From positions 99,882,001 to 99,946,000 of the forward strand of contig OZ024740.1 of the NCBI GenBank assembly GCA_964016885.1: a stretch of 64,000 nt of DNA. The letters are read 5' to 3'. Shown in pieces: positions 22,376 through 34,800 of this stretch. The stretch's first letter is position 1, and each line of letters starts with the position of its first letter. The notes under the pieces are model-generated. The model had not been told where the DNA came from. It searched no databases and worked only from the letters and a program-made list of their open reading frames with translations. The position numbers and the translations under genes are program-made. Source of the stretch: Eledone cirrhosa. Lineage: Eukaryota.

Positions 22376-24691
22376 AAATGTTATTCTTTAGACCCTTGAT
22401 CACCTCCGAGCAACCAATGTTCAGAATCATTTCAGTCAGGACCTTCCCTTCTATTTAGGACTAACTAATACAATATCTAATGTCATTTCCTTATTTCAGA
22501 CAGACAGTAGGGTATAATTTAAGGAGGATTTAGTTGCTGTTTTTAGCATACAGTGGTGCCAATCCTGGCATTGGTGGATAACCAAATTTGTAGAGGATCT
22601 AATAAAAGGAATTAGGACATTTAGGTGCATTCATTTATATTCTTAATTTAAACCCCACTAGAAATAATGTTACTCTCCAGTGCCAAAATACTGATTATGA
22701 CCTCTCAGTTTCTATTATAGGCATTCAGTTGTTTGATCAATTGGGTCCTTAACTCTTGAATTGACAAGTAAGTGGCTGAGTATCTGGCAGATATGTGTAC
22801 TCTTAACATAATTCCCAAACTAAATCAGCTTTACATAGTAGATAATAAGGCTAGACCTTTGAATTACCAGTACAGACCATCCAATAGGCTTCTAAATAGT
22901 TTTCATCTACTAAATTTCCCTCACAAGGCTTAGGTCAGGCCAACCGGAAGACATGTAAAGAGACATCCCAGTAAAATGTTTTGTATTTGTTCCAATTTTT
23001 AAAAACATTATTAAATATTTCAGTAGAAACCATTAATAAATATTTAAGTGGTTCATTTTCTCATTTATTTTATTTATTGTAGTTGTTTCTCTTCTTCTAA
23101 CAAAACCAAACACTTAATTGATCATAGTAGCATTTATTTTTGTTCTCTGGCTCTAGGTTTGGTTAATACTATCAAGCTGACTTACGATCAAATAGCATTT
23201 CAATTATCACCATCACATCATATTCTCACACATACTGTATCTAGAACTACATTATCCAATGTGTCTTTCATTTTAAGATTGTGGGATGGAATTTGAAGAA
23301 GATTTGGCTGCTATTTCTAGGAGCTCTTGAAAGCTGAGAGGTGCTCATTCATTGGCTTATAGCATCAGACATATAGTTATTGCTACATATTTTAGCAGAG
23401 TCCACTCTCATGCAGACATTTGATTCAGGTCTCTGTTGTGAGGATACTTCCATCCCTCTTTTCACAAATTACAGAGATCATTAAATGAGTCAAAGGTGCT
23501 ACAATTCTTGCTTTAAGAATTAATCACTTATGAAAATTTTGCACAGAATATTTAATTATTGTTTTTTTTACCTATTTTAATTATTTATTTCTGCATTTGG
23601 TCAAGTCTCTGGTCTAATGATAATTGCCTTCTTTCTTCCCATATTCTCTGAGGTCTTTATATATATATATGATAAACTTCTATATGATTTCCATCTACCA
23701 AATTCCACTCACAGAGTATTGATTAAATCAGGCCTATTAAAAAAGACATCCAACGAACAGCACATTGGGATCAAACCTAGAACTTCATGAGTGTGAATTA
23801 AATTTCTTATCCACACAGCCATATCTGCAATTGTTGTCTAATTTTATTGACTTTTCAAGAAAGTCGAACTAAACATTGAGTATTTTGCTCCATGGTATAT
23901 AATAAGTTGAACATTTTTCTTCTTGATTTATTTATTAGGAGGTATATAAATTGTGTTATAAAAATAGCAAAAGATACCAGACATTCCTCAGTCATATAAA
24001 TGCAGTTTGGCACCAATTGAAGAAGTAATACTGTTAAAAGGGTCCCAAATCATTGAGATCTTGAGCAGACAGCTGATGAAAGTAATGTCTTGTGTGCAAT
24101 CTGTATGTAGAATATGAATATAGGACATATCTGTATTCTCTTTATATAATTAATAACTGAAAAAAGGATAATATGGTATGTATCAATTTTGTATTATTAG
24201 ATGAAGTAGTTCTACATTACATATATTAGCATAATTAACATAATTAAAAAACATTAATTAACCTATAATGTGTCTTTATTTAAGACAGTAATGTGTGATT
24301 GAAGTGGGATTCACTGCTATACCTAGCACATCGAGTGTCCAGGTAGAGGATCATGTATCAGCACATTACAGGTTAGCAGCTGTAACAAATATTTGTGAAG
24401 GAAGCAAATTATGTTATTAATTATTGGACAGAAGTGCTTATGTACTAAGAGTAGGATTGTGTCACATGGAAGAATGACTACATGGATTAACAGAGTGGAA
24501 GTGATTAAAAGTGTAAAGTATGACCCTAGTGCAGTACTGGTGCTTTATTTATTGACTCCATAAGAACGAAAGGCAAAGCTAACCTCTGCAGCATTTATAT
24601 GTATGTAGTACAAGCCTTGAACATGCAAAAGCTGGTAGTTGTAATAGAAGCAAATAGTACTAAGAGCAGATACAATGAGGAAGCCTCTACA

Positions 24692-25012
24692 ACAGGGGCC
24701 TCCAACCCCTGGCCCGCGGACCACATCCAGCCCGTGAAAGGTTTCAATCTGGCCCGCGAAGGCTTTTATCCTGCCCACAAGGGTTCTAAAAAGGGTACAG
24801 TTTGCAATAAATTTGCACCCAATCTATCGATATTGCCGAATAAAACAATGTTTAAATGTATTTTTCTGCATGGGACAGCTCTAAGTATCAATATTGAATT
24901 TTGTTTCAAATCTAACATAAGGGATAAATAAATGATTACTTATTTGTATATAATTAGTATTAATTGTTCATCCGGCCCACGGAGCCACTTCTGCATGGCA
25001 TTCCGACCCACC
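24692..25012 (+). mobile_element. hAT (Charlie-like) MITE fragment
   Basis: Starts CAGGGGCCTCCAACCCCTGGCCCGCGG...CAGCCCG...TGGCCCGCG, typical hAT subterminal GGCCCG repeats. Distal CCGGCCCAC. Second TIR not seen. Confidence 0.65.
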
Positions 25013-25058
25013 TTATGAAAAATCTCCATCAGATTTCATTCTAATATCTTAATTAAAT

Positions 25059-25247
25059 AATTGTTTCTACTTTTGGCGCAAGGCCAGCAATTACCCAGTA
25101 CATTACTGGTACTTTATTTTATCGACCCCGTAAGGATGAAAGGCAAAGTTAACCTCGCTGGGATTTGAACTCAGAATGGCAAGGGCCATAACTCTATGCG
25201 TCAAAGCATGGCATCCGACCCTCTACCGATACTGCCAATCCACCGCC
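25059..25247 (-). mobile_element. tRNA-derived SINE, full length
   Basis: Near-consensus copy. Confidence 0.92.
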
Positions 25248-25248
25248 C

Positions 25249-25385
25249 CAAGACCTCAGATCACTGAAGCTCACGGAGGAGATGACGAAGGACCGTGAGA
25301 AGTGGAGAGATGCTGTGCTGAATAAGACCCGTCCCACCCTTGCAAGTAGGGAAAAGTGGACGTAAAATGATGATGATGATGATGA
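25249..25385 (+). mobile_element. RTE 3' end fragment
   Basis: DLRSLKLTEEMTKDREKWRDAVLNKTRPT followed by GGAAAAGTGGACGTAAAA(TGA)n. Confidence 0.8.
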
Positions 25386-25796
25386 TATATTATGTGGTTC
25401 CTCCTCCTATACTAAAACTACAGGATAGCCATGGCTGGTTGGAAAACCTTTTGTCATCGTCTGTTGGATGTCGGTTGAAATAAGCTTAAGCAGCAAGAGA
25501 ACACCACATTTCAGTGGTGGATAAATGGAGTGGCTGGAGAGAGTTTGTGTAGATTTGATTAATAAACAGGTGAATATTTTTTGCTAGAAATGGTAGTTAA
25601 ATCTCCCTTGATTCACATCTTACTGACTTAAGAAATTAAAGACACATTCAAATAAGAAGTTCTAGCACACTGCATCTGAAAAGAAATTACAAGATGCTCA
25701 CAGATGGAACATTTTTTTATCACAGTTCTGCTTCTGTAGAGCTGACGTGAGTTTACTACTACTATTACTAATACTGCTGCTGCTAAAGATAATAAT

Positions 25797-26436
25797 AATT
25801 GTTTCTACTTTTGGCACAACCCAGCAATTACCCAGTGCATTACTGGTACTTTATTTTATCGACCCCGTAAGGATGAAAGGCAAAATCAACCTCGGCGGGA
25901 TGTGATAATAATAATAATGATATCTAGTATAGACACAAGGCCAGTAATTTGGGGGGAGGGGAAAGTCAATTAAATCGATCCCAGTACAATACTGGTACTT
26001 TAATTTATCAACCCAGTAAGGATGAAAGGCAAAGCTAACCTCTGCGGGATTTTAACTCAGAATGTAAAGGGCCGTAACTATATGCAACAAAGCATAATGT
26101 CCGATACACTAATGATACTACCAATCCACCGTCCTTTCGTAATCTCAGATATTAAAAGAAAATTGTTCATCAATCTAATACCTTTCATCATCCGCCTGCT
26201 GGATGAGGCTGAACTGGGGTTAAATATAATAACAATAATCATAACAATAATTGTTTCTACTTTTGGCACAAGGCCAACAATTATCCCAGTGCATTACTGG
26301 TACTTTATTTTATCGACCCCGTAAGGATGAAAGGCAAAGTTAACCTCGGCGGGATTTGAAATCAGAATGGCAAGGGCCGTAACTCTATGCGTCAAAGCAT
26401 GGCGTCTGACCCTCTACCGATACTGCCAATCCACCG
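25797..26436 (-). mobile_element. Cluster of three tRNA-SINE copies (25797-25902 partial, ~25930-26132 variant, 26249-26436 full)
   Basis: Repeated family motifs, each adjoining (AAT)n tracts. Confidence 0.88.
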
Positions 26437-28369
26437 TAATAATATTAACAATAATAATAATACTAATGATAGTTCCTTTATTATTGGCCACAAGGGCCGA
26501 ACATAGAGGACAATACAAAGACAGGGGACAGTAGGGGGTTTACATACATACTCAAGTAAAAATTGTAAACAAAAACAATTAACAAAATAATTACCAAAAC
26601 AGAACTTCCCAATAGGGGGGCATACCATACAATGATGACATTAGCAACCCCACAAAATCCAACCCACCCTTATCTCCAAGAGCAACCTTGGAGGGTGCCC
26701 CTCTCTCCCTCCATCCTTCCAGCCTACAGGCGCATGATCGGAGTGGGCCCATTCACACGAGCTATCCTTGCAGCAGTCACCCATCTTTTAAATAATGATC
26801 GGGGGGAGGGGTGCAGCATTTCTCTCTCCATCCTTATCTTCCTTGTCAAGTAGAACTTGAAAATGTTGATGAGGGCTTGACCAAAGAGGAAAGTGTCTGT
26901 CTTCAGACCTTTCAGTCATGTCCATCACACAACCTCTCTTGCTACAGCTATGAGACAGAGGAAAATTGCCTGCTCTTCCCAGCCAAAAGAAGGCAGCAAT
27001 CTCCACAATGGACTCAGTTGATAGCCGGATTGGTCCCACATGCAATAACAGTTGTTCGACATAACTCCATAAGTCAGCAATACACGGGCACTGGATGTGT
27101 GCATGCAAAATGGTTTCGTCCCTCACTAACACTAAAGGGTGAGACGTTCCTAGATCGACTTCCCAACACCTAAAGAAATCTGGCCATCCTGCCCCAGTCG
27201 GGGCATAGACAGCCACCAGTCTAAAAGCCCTACCTTCACACCTAGAACTGCCAGCTTACCGTCCGGGTGCAGGAAGATCATACATACCTGGAGATCCAGA
27301 CATTTCCTAAACAGCACTGCCACCCCGACTCCCATTCCAGGTTAACTAAGAGATGCGTAGATCTCAAAGTCGTCAAAAATAGGGGCTAGTGCATGCGTAT
27401 CAGAAATTCTGGTCTTGCTGACAGCATTCATGGCTAGTGACCTGAGGTCATTGAGCAAGCGCCCTTCCTTCCAGGCCAACACCAGGCCATGAACATTTAT
27501 GCATCCCACTCTTAACATCTCCATGTTGGTCAGAAAAAGGGAGAAAGATAGGGTTACTTACCCCCAGTGTTCTGTTGGAGGTCGTGTGGTTTGACCTCTA
27601 TGCCTGGTTGGTGGGGTTCTTTAGGAACCCCTTTGAAAGCTTACTTGAGGCTTTTGCACTGGGTGTTTCCCCATCATTGGGGAAGCTCGCCCTAATTGTT
27701 TTATAATTGTCTAATGGCATCTACAGCAGAAAAAGTGTTTATGGCACTTTGAAGGTGCAGTTGCTAAATGCCTCCCCCTCTTTTTCTATTTCCTTCCTTC
27801 GTGTTATGAGGTTCAGTAAATTTTCATTTGATTTTCTAACTAACACAAAGTTAGGTGTTGTGGTTTTGAGTTATTGCTGTGTGTGTTTTCTTTTAGTTGT
27901 TTGTGTTAGTGGTTGTGTTGTTTGTGGAGATGATGTTTGTGTTGATGGTTGTGTTGTTGCAGGGGTGTGTGTTGTAGTATGTGTGTCTGTGTTTGGTGTG
28001 AGTGTATCTTATCTTTTTGCTGTTGTTTGTAATAGTGTGTGAGATTTCTTCTTGTGTTTTCTTTTTCTCTTTTAGGTTTTTGGTGTTCCTCCTCAACCTC
28101 ACTCAATGACAAAGAGGTTGCTGTGTTTGTGCCAGATGTAAGTGGGAGTGTGTGTGTTTCGCAGTGTGTGTTTGTGTTTGAGAGGAAGGGAGTGGGATAG
28201 CTTCTTTGGAGTAGCCCCTTGGTGGTCTTGATGGTCTTTACAGTTGTTGTTGGTTTTACTGGTACTGTCGTTTGTGCTGTTGTTTTTGGCTGTTGCAGTT
28301 GTTGTTGAGGTCCCGGTGTCAGCAACAGCAGAGACTTTTGATCCCTTGCATTTTTTAATAGCAGAAGGC

Positions 28370-28780
28370 TCACAAGTGTGTTGTTTCACCGCAATCGAAA
28401 CAGTGCAGCCTTTTGCCATCAGTCATTACTTGTAGAACCGTCCTGTTTTGGGGACAGATCTGCTCCAGTGTTTTCTTTAGTTCTTCAGGTTTTATCTGGA
28501 GAAGTATCTCCAGATCAACCCCGGACCAGCCCTCTCTGTCTGTTCTGGTTACCTCTATTGGGATGGCATCTGTCCCCTCCACAACCACGCATCCCAAGAG
28601 CCACCACATATCTAGTTCTGGTGGAATCCTGGGAATGCAGACTCTAACAGTTCTTTTTCCCATGTGGGAGGGGTACATTATAACCTTACTTGTTTCGCAA
28701 GGGGTCATTGCATACTTCAAAACGGGGGCTTCTGACTTAAATAGCACCGAGATGGTGCCGTATTGTCTACCCTGTATCGT
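28370..28780 (-). pseudogene. Tx1-like ORF1 (gag-like, CCHC zinc knuckle) remnant
   Basis: ORF 28370-28747 ends KRLHCFDCGETTHL*. The stop interrupts the knuckle. Confidence 0.7.
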
Positions 28781-29040
28781 CTCTGAAGCACCTCAATGCA
28801 GCCTCAATGTCTGCTTGAGGAGTGTTGGTGGCTTTTTTTGTCTCAGCTGAGATGCATCTAAAGACCAGAGTTTGCCTCTCCACCACCCCCATGGCCTCTG
28901 CCAGGGCAGTTAAGTTGGCCCAGGTTTGCTCCTGTCTGATGAGCTTCTATGCCTGGATCAAATTTTTCTCCTTGTCCGTCAGGTCCATGATAAAGCATGG
29001 CCATTTCTTGGCTGCTGCGGCAACAAAAGAGGTTTTCTCG

Positions 29041-29272
<232 letters not shown>

Positions 29273-29689
29273 TCTTTCTTTCCTTGTTTCTTTGTTACTG
29301 TTGGTGTTGTTGCTATTTATGTCCTTGTTGGTGGAGTTGTTAATTTTGTGGTTGTTTGTGTTGTCTGTGTTTTGGTTGTCGCTGTTACAAATGTTAGTGT
29401 TCTCATTGCTGTTGTTGTTGCTCTTATTGTTCATGTTGTTTGTGGTGGTGTTGTTACATTTGTTGTTGCATATTGTGTTTGAATTAAATATTTGTTTACT
29501 AGTGTTAGTTATGGTATGGTGCAAGTTGCATCTGCCGTATCCCTCCTCTCAATGTTTAAGCCACTGTCACATGACAGCAGAATTCAAATTGGCGGGAGGT
29601 GGTGGTGGGGGGCTTGGTTCAGCCATGTTTATTTTTCATTTTGATACAAACATTTGAAAAAAAATAACAGAGTTCAAATATTATGGAGT

Positions 29690-30620
29690 CACCTTTACAC
29701 AGGTCAGTGAATGGGACCTTATATACAGCTCATGAAAAAAATATCCAACAAATTCCACTTTGAAACAATTCAAAATAGCCAACCTTCTGGAGCCGATGGG
29801 AACATGTCCATAGCAAACGATAATGATAATAATAATGATGATTTCTATATTATAAGAAATATCAAAGATGGCACAGAGCAATACAGTAAAATAAAATTCA
29901 TAAAGGTGACTAAGAAAACAAACATAACAAATTCCCCAAAAGTGGGGAGACATCCGAGTGTCACTCGTGGAGAAAGCCACAAAAAGCCATGATCACCTTT
30001 TTCACTATGGCAAAGTACCCCTTTCCAGTTATTCTCACACGGGCCATGCTTGCCAATCTCACCCACCTTTCAAGAAATTGGTCGGAAGGCAGCATTCCCT
30101 TCTATCCAACCTGATTTTCCTCTTTAAAGGAAAAGTGAAAAAGTTGATCAAGGCTTTGCCAAAGATGAAAGTGCTGGTCTCCAACCCTTTCAAATATGTC
30201 CACCACATGACCTCTTTCACCATGGCCACAACACAGATAAAAACTGCCTGTCCTCACCCAATTGAAGGGAGATGGTGGGGCAATTTCACATTTAACGGAA
30301 GATGGTGGGGCATCTTTACAATGGACTTTATCTCCAGATCTGTCCTACACATGACAGCAAGTACTCAACATAAACCCACAGATCAATAATACTTAGATAA
30401 TCTATGAGGGTTTTCAATATGTTTTCATCACCCTGTGTGCATCTTCATGCCTGTAGAGAATATCTTGAACTGGAGATGCATACATATTGTAGCCATCAAA
30501 AATGGGTGCAAAAGTTTACGTGTCAGAAATTCTGGTCACTTTGATGGCCACTACATTTATGTTTAGTGACATGAGGTTTTTGAGGAAGTGACCTTGCTTC
30601 CAAGACAATCCCAGGCCAAC
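29690..30620 (-). mobile_element. Second, older Tx1-like fragment
   Basis: 30520-30617 resembles the APE start at 27400-27490. The rest is degraded ORF2-like sequence. Confidence 0.6.
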
Positions 30621-30969
30621 TACCATTATTATTACTATTTTTTTAAATGTTGATGTCTGTCTTGAACCTAGAGTCTTATCTAACTGGGGCTTATCCCAGT
30701 TTCATGAGATGCTAAACCATATAGAATTATGGGATATTTGTCCATCGATTGGGCATTAGTCCATCAAAAGGTTAACTCCTGTTGATGCTGTTGTTGGTAG
30801 TTACTTTTCAGATGAGTTGACTGAGATAATATAAAATGAAGCACTACCTCGACAGGTGATCAAATGTATAACCGTTTAATCATTAGACCAGCAAACTAAC
30901 CACTCCGCTTCATACCTTCATACTTCAAGTACTATTTCCTACATGTATAAGAATTTGAACTCATTATTG

Positions 30970-31160
30970 CGCAGTGGATTGGCAGTATCGGTAGAGGGTC
31001 GGATGCCAAGCTTTGACGCATAGAGTTATGGCCCTTGCCATTCTGAGTTCAAATCCCGCTGAGGTTAACTTTGCCTTTCATCCTTACGGGGTCGATAAAA
31101 TAAAGTACCAGCAATGCACTGGGTAATTGCTGGCCTTGTGCCAAAAGTAGAAACAATTAT
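30970..31160 (+). mobile_element. tRNA-derived SINE, full length
   Basis: Near-consensus copy. Confidence 0.92.
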
Positions 31161-31379
31161 TGCATTATAATGAAATATTTTTTAAATATAGAGTACTCAA
31201 TTTTAACTTCCGAGTGCTGATCTCTACACTCTCATAATCTCAATTGTCAGTCAGATGAACTGAGCTATCAATGAGTTAAATGATTTTGCTATGGGGCATA
31301 GTGAAAGGAAATTAATAGAATACAAATTTAGCCAATAGCAATTCTCCAGTACATAGTTGACAATATGAGAAGGAAAGAA

Positions 31380-31438
31380 TACACACATGCACACATATAT
31401 ATATATACATATATAAATATATGTATATATATATATAA

Positions 31439-31521
<83 letters not shown>

Positions 31522-31537
31522 TATATAAATATATGTG

Positions 31538-31593
<56 letters not shown>

Positions 31594-31656
31594 TATATAA
31601 ATATATGTGTATGTATATATATATATATATAATTACACATATGTGTGTGTGTGTGT
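31380..31656. repeat. Compound (TA)n microsatellite with internal duplication
   Basis: Direct reading. Confidence 0.9.
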
Positions 31657-31803
31657 CGTATTCTATAGTTTTAATCCTCTCAGAACATGTTCCTTAGTAG
31701 ACAACCACCTTTCCTATATATCTACTTTTTACTGCATCTCATTGTTTTTGTATATTTCATTCCTCTTTTTATATGGTTACTTAGAAATTATTTGGCCATA
31801 TGT

Positions 31804-31848
<45 letters not shown>

Positions 31849-31863
31849 AGCTGCTGCTACTAC
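31804..31863. repeat. (TAC)n microsatellite
   Basis: Direct reading. Confidence 0.95.
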
Positions 31864-34800
31864 ACCTTTACTTTCCAATCAACTTTACTTTTTCTACATC
31901 CTTTCTTGTTTAGCTGTATTTAGTTTGGTTTCCAACACCCTCAGACCAACCATTGCTACATATAATTGATTTTCTTTACATTTATTGCCAAATGGTCAAA
32001 TCAGATTTTCCTCATGTTTCTTTTTCTTAGCAATTTTTTATTTTATTTTTTCGCTTCCTACACAATATTTGACACCAATTAAACTTTGTCCTGCTCATAT
32101 ATCTGGCTACATGGTTGCTGTCAACATTGATTTATGAGTGACTACAATGGAAATGTAATTAATTTGTTCCATCTTTTCTCTCCATCTGATAAACTCCTGT
32201 TCCCATCAGATTATTATTATTGTTGTGGTTGTTGTTCTTGTTGCTGTTATTCTTGTTGTTTGCAATAATCAGATGCCTTTAACAGAGTTCCAAAGAAGAA
32301 TTGAATTTTATGGCATTCACTTGATGACAAAAAGTTGGGGTGTTTTGTTTATTTGGCCATCAACAGTCTTTAGGATATTTGAATATCCACCCAATTACTC
32401 TAAGTGGAAATATACTGTTCGTTTTGGACATTTAATACATTTTTATAATTTAGCAAAATAATGCTTACAAGTAGTTGAACGTGGAAAGTTGTGTGTGTGT
32501 AGGTAAGGACCAGGTAAGTATTTTAACTACAAACATAGTAACAATGAGGACCCCCCTAAAAACTTGATATATTAAAATTATATATACAGAAAAAATGATT
32601 GCAATCAAAATTGAACCAGCAGGTCATTTGTAAATATTAACATTTAAAATTTGACGAACATAAATGAGAAAATAGTTAAGAAAGCACAATTTTAAACAAT
32701 AACGTCAACATCTGTAAGACATTGTTTGTGAGTGATACAAACCAGAGAGAAATATAAGCATGAATATTCTTTAGAAACGGAAATTTGGATAGGTGTGTCT
32801 CAAATGACTGTGCCTATTTACCTGACAATTAATCCAGGACTGGTCAAGGGGTAAAGTAACATGGCTGTTTAAAGTAAAAATTCGAAAGAGCTTCCATATA
32901 TTCTTTATTGAGCAGTTAAAGAAAATTCTGGTTGATGTGTCGCATGATGTTTGTTATTTCTACTAGGGCAGAGTGAATAGAAATATGTACTAAACCTTTA
33001 AGACTGATGATGAATCAATAAAACTGTTTGACTGATGTGGTAGGGCACCAAGATATGAAAGAATCTTCTCCTCTTTCAGCACGTAACCAGTTAAAGATTT
33101 TGAGGAGTAGTTCCACTCTTTCTTCTTGCAGTGATGAGAAAGAAACAGAGCCTGAAGAGAGGTGAAAAATTGTTAGAGGAAAAAGGTGTAAGAAGAATAA
33201 AACAAGATGGAGTGTGTGTGCTAATCTACAAGCCAGCAATCTGCTGGGAATCCCTCAAAGAATTTTACAGTTATTTGAAATAACATTTAGCTATTGCTGT
33301 ATGAAGAATTTATTGTGTCATTTGATGAGTTAGGGGATGAATCCTTAGAAAGCCTAGAGGATAGTTGGTTGTTAAAACTACACCAACAGTCTAAACTATG
33401 GCCATCACTTGCAATTAAGTGGGATTTGATAGCATATACCATTCTTTTCTGATGGCCAAACATTTATGAGCTGACAGAGACATCCTCCCAACCTTTCCTC
33501 CTTTGGTTCAGTATGTTACAGTTGGAAGGAGAAAGAGCTGTACTAGAACTGGGCTGGTACTTTTTTATCCACTACAAATATAAATAAAAAACGAAACGAT
33601 AAAGTGAACCACTGAGGAATTTAAACTCTGGTCACAGAAACTTGGAACAAATATCAAATGCCCTAACACCTTTGCCTATTCAACCACCTAGCAATAGTGT
33701 ATTTACGGCAAACAGAGCACAATCCAGAGACTGTTGGAGACTGCTCACAGTTACTTCAGAAGCGCATCACTCCATCTATACACACACATACACACACATA
33801 CATATATATATACACATACACACACATATATATGTACATATTCACATGTCTCATTTATTCTTTTTGTAATGGGTTTTGCATTGAATATTTGAGTCCTTGT
33901 TAATAAAAAAGTATTTTGTTTTCCATTAAAGTCATTGTACACACAACAATTTGTATGAAAATATGAAGAATTTACATTATCCTTATCCAAAACAAACTAC
34001 CTGCTACAATATACTCAACTCTATAGTGGCTTATTTGATAATCTAGTTGGTATCTATGATGGACTTGGCAGCACATGATCAGATTTAAGGAAATCTTTCA
34101 TTTCTTCCTTTTTTATACTATTTCCATCTGATCCAGGAGTAGATGTTATATAAAATAAAGTACCTGTCAAGTGTTGCAGTTGGTTTAATCAACTTTATCT
34201 TATATCCGAATTGCTAACATTGTGCCTTAATTAGAAACCATTGTTATTTTTATTTCCTTATAAACTTCATATATGAATATTTTATGTGTGAATTACTAAT
34301 AATTTTCCTTTTTTATCATATCTTTTTTTATTTTCATAATTTTCCTTATTGATCAAATTTTGTAAAACAGTTACTTCATATCTATCATGCCCATGAACAG
34401 AACAGATGTTTTCTAGTTTGTTTTTTCCAGGATATGATAGAACCTTTCAATATTTATTTCATGACAAAACGAAGGATAATTGTTAGCAGAATTTCTTCTT
34501 CCGGTTCCTTGGTTAGCTAGATATTACACAGCAAGTAAACAACTTTGCAACCTTAGTTCCCATCATTTAAGATTGCCAAGTAACAGAGTCAGTACATCTT
34601 GTTCCTTTCACATTCCTTTCACATTCCTTTTGGTAGCATTGAGGTCATGTATTCTAAAGTACTATCCCCTCATTTCCTACTAATGTTTTGCAGACATAGA
34701 AATTATTCATATTCATTATCAATATTAAGATTAAAATTAATATGAAAAGTTAAATGGAAATTTTAATTTTAATATTAATTTTAATACAGAATATGGATTG

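Noticed and set aside
31251-31969. YIYI/CVCV/THTH-rich ORFs here and at 0.7, 14.8, 17.0, 20.7, 39.7 and 53.8 kb
   Set aside because: Dinucleotide microsatellites lacking stop codons.
33015-33239. ORF with CRLAHTLHLV resembling the hAT CxxH motif
   Set aside because: No other transposase motifs or TIRs nearby. Insufficient evidence.
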